In this document: positions 41,486 to 44,936 of the stretch, in pieces | Layout of the letters: every line of letters begins with the position of its first letter | Position numbering within the stretch: position 1 is the stretch's first letter | Source: Methanomicrobiales archaeon | GTDB taxonomy: Archaea > Halobacteriota > Methanomicrobia > Methanomicrobiales > Methanospirillaceae | Direction: 5' to 3' | DNA: 44,936 bases | NCBI GenBank assembly: GCA_037137755.1 | Contig: JBAXJR010000018.1 | Span: 1 to 44,936 of the forward strand | Translations under genes and position numbers: made by a program | Notes under the pieces: generated by a model | Seen by the model: only the letters and a program-made list of their open reading frames with translations | The model's database searches: none | Told to the model about the DNA's origin: nothing

Positions 41486-41806
41486 TTACAGTGACGACCC
41501 AATTCCCGCCCGTTCCACTGCTACCGCATCTGCAGCGGCCTTTGCAGCGAACTGCTTCATATATGATATAAATGATTCAGGGTTAGTTCGCATATCCTTT
41601 GCGAGGACATCCATGCATTGGGCCGCCTCTTCAGCCAGGGGAGTAAGACAGTTTAGGCAATATTCTGTTGTATGAAGGTTGATATGTTTACATTCCTGGC
41701 ATTGTCGTGCGGCCATCGGATGAATTTTCTTTGCTTCTCCCTCGTCGGTGATGCCGTAGACTTTCATTAATGCCCGGTCGGTATCTTCAACGGTGAGATG
41801 GGCGTA
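41486..41806 (-). pseudogene. Orphan 3' fragment of a paralogous tyrosine recombinase (catalytic Tyr through zinc-ribbon tail)
   Basis: Extending the 41486-41767 ORF upstream gives YAHLTVEDTDRALMKVYGITDE...MAARQCQECKHINLHTTEYCLNCLTPLAEEA, colinear with YAHLTGEDLDKAIMKLYNLTDE...MAPKQCPACATYNIHTNEFCAACLTPLSEDA of 41966-43249. Homology stops just before the Tyr. Confidence 0.88.
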
Positions 41807-41965
41807 GTCAAGCTTGCGCAGGATCTTCTTAAAAAAATAGGAGGGTCGATGCGAAGAGCATCGTACCCTGTATACGGATGCTGCGGACGGGAAGGCAAAC
41901 GCAAAGTGGGAATCCCCACATCCCCAATCCTGCTACTTTATCAGTCCAAGAATTGACTGACTTCT

Positions 41966-43249
41966 ATGGCTCCCAGACTTTCCACGGAACCCACGGCTAA
42001 CACTATAGAAAGCTTTTATGGATTAAAAGGTGACCGGCCCGGGGTATGTATTGAAAGAGGATTAGCAAAGAATTTATTGACCGAACGGGACGCGTCCCTC
42101 ATTAAGGCGTTTTTACTCGAATCAAAAAGCTCCGCAAACATCGGCCTCATCAGGAGCCTGAAAGTTGCCCGGACCCTCACCGGCTGGCGCAGGTTCATCG
42201 GTCCTTTCGACTCGCTTGACCCGGTCGGCGTGTATGAGGGTATCAGCAACCTGAAAGAAGGTAACAGCTACAACGGAAAACCGTTCGCGAAAAACACCCT
42301 GTATGATCACGTCAGGATCCTCAAGACCTTCCTTATCTGGATGATCGAAAACGAACTGGCCCCGAAACTCCTCGACCGGAAAGCTGAAGCGAAGATCCGT
42401 GCAATCCGGCCACCATCAAAAGACCTGATGACCAAGGTTGCCGGGGATCTCTTCAGCATCGAGGAAGTGGACCGTATCGTTGCCGCCTGCACGCGGTCCC
42501 GGGACAGGGCTATGATCTCCATGATATACGAAGGGGGCTTTCGTATCGGTGAGATCGGTCTGGTCACATGGGGTGATCTCGTATTCGACCCCAAGGGAGT
42601 CATTGTGAATACGGACCACAAGACCGGAAGGCCCAGGCGCATCAGGTTAATCGATTCAAAATCGCTTCTGGCCCAATGGTTCACCGATTACCCGATCCCG
42701 GTCAAACCCCATTACCCGGTTTTCTTGAACCTGCATGGTCATTCCCTGAAGCATCGGGGAGTATCGAAACTCATCAAAACACTTGCGAAACGTGCTGGGA
42801 TAACAAAAAGGGTTCATGCCCATATCTTCCGGCACTCCAGGATCACCCACCTGATCATCGCGGGACTGCCCGAGAGTATGATCAAGAAAATGATCTGGGG
42901 TAACATCACGACCAATATGTTCGCGACCTACGCCCACCTTACCGGTGAGGACCTGGACAAGGCCATCATGAAACTCTACAATCTGACCGACGAAACGGAA
43001 GTCAAGAAGATGAAGAGTATGGCCCCCAAACAGTGCCCGGCGTGTGCTACGTACAACATTCACACAAACGAGTTCTGCGCAGCCTGTTTGACCCCACTGA
43101 GTGAAGATGCAGTGATGTCAATGGACATGCTAAAAGACGATGTGATCAGCAACCCGAAGGCATTAGCGGCCTTCGTTCAACAAATCGCAGCCAAACAGGT
43201 TGCAATGACAATGGAAGCGGAGTGGAAGAAAGCCACTCCCGCCCAGTAA
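41966..43249 (+). CDS. Tyrosine recombinase/integrase with a C-terminal zinc ribbon
   Basis: Catalytic set: R (YEGGFRIGE), K (HKTG), HxxR (HIFRHSR) and Y (TYAHL). CPAC...CAAC tail. Confidence 0.95.
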   Translation: MAPRLSTEPTANTIESFYGLKGDRPGVCIERGLAKNLLTERDASLIKAFLLESKSSANIGLIRSLKVARTLTGWRRFIGPFDSLDPVGVYEGISNLKEGNSYNGKPFAKNTLYDHVRILKTFLIWMIENELAPKLLDRKAEAKIRAIRPPSKDLMTKVAGDLFSIEEVDRIVAACTRSRDRAMISMIYEGGFRIGEIGLVTWGDLVFDPKGVIVNTDHKTGRPRRIRLIDSKSLLAQWFTDYPIPVKPHYPVFLNLHGHSLKHRGVSKLIKTLAKRAGITKRVHAHIFRHSRITHLIIAGLPESMIKKMIWGNITTNMFATYAHLTGEDLDKAIMKLYNLTDETEVKKMKSMAPKQCPACATYNIHTNEFCAACLTPLSEDAVMSMDMLKDDVISNPKALAAFVQQIAAKQVAMTMEAEWKKATPAQ

Positions 43250-43251
43250 AT
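43017..43251 (+). repeat. 235-bp direct repeat, copy 1 (integrase 3' end)
   Basis: Hand alignment to 44554-44788: no gaps, 23 mismatches (~90% identity); the first 36 bp and an internal 56 bp block are identical. Confidence 0.95.
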
Positions 43252-43367
43252 TCTAATTTTTATTAACCTTTGAACCTTGACCATCATAATAATTTAAGAT
43301 AAATCATATCTCAGGAAAGATTTGTAACGGAGGGGTCCGCCATAGTGTTAACAAGGGGGATAGTCTC

Positions 43368-43862
43368 ATGAAATTTCCCAACGGAAATGCCAGGATCATT
43401 ATTATTGTCTGTGCAGTCATTGTCACGGGTATTCTATCTTATCTTGTACTATCAGGCTCTGTTTTTCAATCAGGAAATCAGATGGAGAATATAACACCAC
43501 CAATAAATACAACCCCTGTTGTCCCATTAAAGATCGATGCCAGCTTTGCCGTTGAGGAGGTTAACATAAGTGTCATCCATTTCATCAAAAGTAATCCTGC
43601 CACGTTTGAAGAAATGCAGCTGTTCCCCGAACTTGAGAGTTATATGCACGGAACGAACAACGACCCAACGGAATGGCATCACGGCGTGAGAACGGTTGGC
43701 TTGTTCGAAGGCAATATCAGTCAGTATGATACGCTTGTTAAAGAAATCTGCAAAGGAAAAACGATATATGAATGCTGTCGCGGCACTCTTATCGAATACC
43801 ATGATCAATATTACCTAATTGTCACTCAAGAGTACGGTTATTTGAAACGCAGTCCATTTTGA
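43368..43862 (+). CDS. Hypothetical membrane-anchored/secreted protein (cargo gene 1)
   Basis: AGGGGG upstream, N-terminal TM, T/P linker, small domain with 'ICKGKTIYECC'. Confidence 0.75.
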   Translation: MKFPNGNARIIIIVCAVIVTGILSYLVLSGSVFQSGNQMENITPPINTTPVVPLKIDASFAVEEVNISVIHFIKSNPATFEEMQLFPELESYMHGTNNDPTEWHHGVRTVGLFEGNISQYDTLVKEICKGKTIYECCRGTLIEYHDQYYLIVTQEYGYLKRSPF

Positions 43863-43929
43863 TTACCGTGCATACTGACCGTGCTGGGGGGGGAGACTGG
43901 GGCTACATCGAAGAATTCTGAAACCATGT

Positions 43930-44532
43930 ATGATGATAACCAAATTCTTTTTTTGTGACATGACGAAAACAAACGTGATGAAATACCCACTTGTAATGGC
44001 GTCCGTAATATTCTTCTGGATGCCACTCGTGTATGCATTTACATTTATATTCCCATACAGAGGCCCGTTTCTTTTCTTCGGAGTACTGGTAGTGGCATGT
44101 ACCATTTCAGCGGTAGGTGCATCGCTCATCCTGGTCGAGAGATGCATGGGATCGGCCCGCCGATTTCCCGTTGTCCTGTTCACCCTGGATCTTCTAGTCA
44201 TCCTCATATTCAGGGTGGTCGGTTTTCTCTATGAGGGATCGGTGATCGGCAGCATTTCTGAATCTGTTTGGGCAGCAGGACTCCTCCTCCTTGCGCCCTG
44301 TTCTCTGGTTGTGTTCAACTCCATCCCGGCAGACAGGACGGTCAGGTTCGTCACTATCGCCTTGACATTGGTTATATGCGTACCTGCCACCATTGCATTG
44401 ATTCTCGTTGTTCAAGGCTTTCCACATGCTTTCGACCCAGCATTAGGGCTGATGGCATTATACTGGATCGCAGGCATGCCTGTTATCGGCGCATGTTTCC
44501 TTGCATTCGCAACATATGCCAAAGGAGTTTGA
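43930..44532 (+). CDS. Hypothetical ~6-TM membrane protein (cargo gene 2)
   Basis: Hydrophobic ORF whose stop lies 21 nt before repeat copy 2. True start may be ATG 43978 (MKYPLV). Confidence 0.75.
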   Translation: MMITKFFFCDMTKTNVMKYPLVMASVIFFWMPLVYAFTFIFPYRGPFLFFGVLVVACTISAVGASLILVERCMGSARRFPVVLFTLDLLVILIFRVVGFLYEGSVIGSISESVWAAGLLLLAPCSLVVFNSIPADRTVRFVTIALTLVICVPATIALILVVQGFPHAFDPALGLMALYWIAGMPVIGACFLAFATYAKGV

Positions 44533-44553
44533 GATGAAAAGGAATGAGTTGTT

Positions 44554-44788
44554 GTATGGCCCCCAAACAGTGCCCGGCGTGTGCTACGTTCAACATTCAC
44601 ACAAAAGAGTTCAGCGCAGCCTGCTTGACTCCCCTCAGCGAAGACGCGGTTAGATCAATGGACCTGCTGAAAGACGATGTGATTGGCAACCCGAAGGCAC
44701 TGGCGGCCTTTGTTCAACAAATCGCAGCCAAACAGGTTGCAATGACAATGGAAGCGGAGTGGAAGAAGGCAACTCCCGCCCTGTAAAT
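44554..44788 (+). repeat. 235-bp direct repeat, copy 2: displaced integrase 3' end (zinc-ribbon tail, one Cys changed to Ser)
   Basis: Encodes MAPKQCPACATFNIHTKEFSAACLTPL...EAEWKKATPAL*; lacks all catalytic residues. Confidence 0.93.
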
Positions 44789-44885
44789 CTTTTTTGAGGT
44801 CCATACCTGGCTGGCCAATCCATGAGTAATACTCAATGAACCAACTATGTCCTAACAATTTATTATCTGTATGACTAAGGAGAGC

Positions 44886-44917
44886 CTGTCCAACCAGCTA
44901 TGATAATGGTTGGACAG
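44886..44917. repeat. Perfect 11-bp inverted repeat with a 10-bp spacer
   Basis: ctgtccaacca-gctatgataa-tggttggacag. Confidence 0.85.
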
Positions 44918-44936
44918 ACCAATAAAACGCCTAATA

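Larger units (their letters stand above)
41486..44936. mobile_element. Putative integrative element/cassette region built around the tyrosine recombinase (boundaries uncertain; probably continues past the window)
   Basis: Intact integrase, two extra integrase 3' ends, orphan cargo genes and a perfect inverted repeat. No tRNA-type att site recognised. Confidence 0.6.

Noticed and set aside
41885-41935. 'ggcaaac...gcaaag' resemblance to a c-di-GMP-I riboswitch, or a tRNA-derived att site before the integrase
   Set aside because: The P2 stem with GNRA loop and the correct spacing are absent. No T-loop (GTTCRA) or cloverleaf fragment was seen.
44544-44786. 80-aa ORF as an independent zinc-finger protein
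   Set aside because: It is the duplicated integrase tail. The first residues are fortuitous and one Cys ligand is lost, although expression cannot be excluded.
1-44936. CRISPR arrays, rRNA, tRNA, IS transposases, reverse transcriptase/DGR
   Set aside because: No regularly spaced repeats, RNA-gene signatures, transposase or RT motifs were seen. Differences in the 235-bp repeat pair are codon-synonymous rather than adenine-specific, so it is not a DGR TR/VR pair.

Overview
Archaeal genomic DNA, most consistent with a Methanomicrobiales methanogen (Methanoregula-like). This is inferred from the REC-multiPAS-HisKA kinase type, lipobox 'AGC' proteins, TATA-like boxes and oligo-T terminators. Four zones: (1) 1-236, the 3' end of an agmatine deiminase gene. 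(2) ~1.0-30.5 kb, a dense island of ~28 membrane, ion-transport and envelope genes: P-type Ca2+ ATPase, CLC, Na+/H+ antiporter, two K+-channel-like proteins, DUF389, YqhA, DUF475, DUF2252, three HdeD/DUF308, DUF6325+SHOCT, BASS fusion, META/PEGA proteins, Yip1, rhodanese and metallophosphoesterase, plus two unannotated microproteins and a frameshifted pseudogene. It looks like a pH/ion-stress island. (3) 30.8-41.4 kb, two giant divergent paralogous hybrid histidine kinases flanking a bestrophin-like gene and a decayed P-type ATPase. (4) 41.5-44.9 kb, a tyrosine recombinase locus with three versions of the integrase 3' end: the intact gene, a ~90%-identical direct copy 1537 bp downstream that brackets two cargo genes, and an inverted diverged copy upstream whose homology starts exactly at the catalytic Tyr. 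Zone 4 is the best candidate for an undescribed system, a self-targeting, tail-swapping cassette integrase. No rRNA, tRNA or CRISPR was recognised. All family names come from motif recognition by eye, not database searches.
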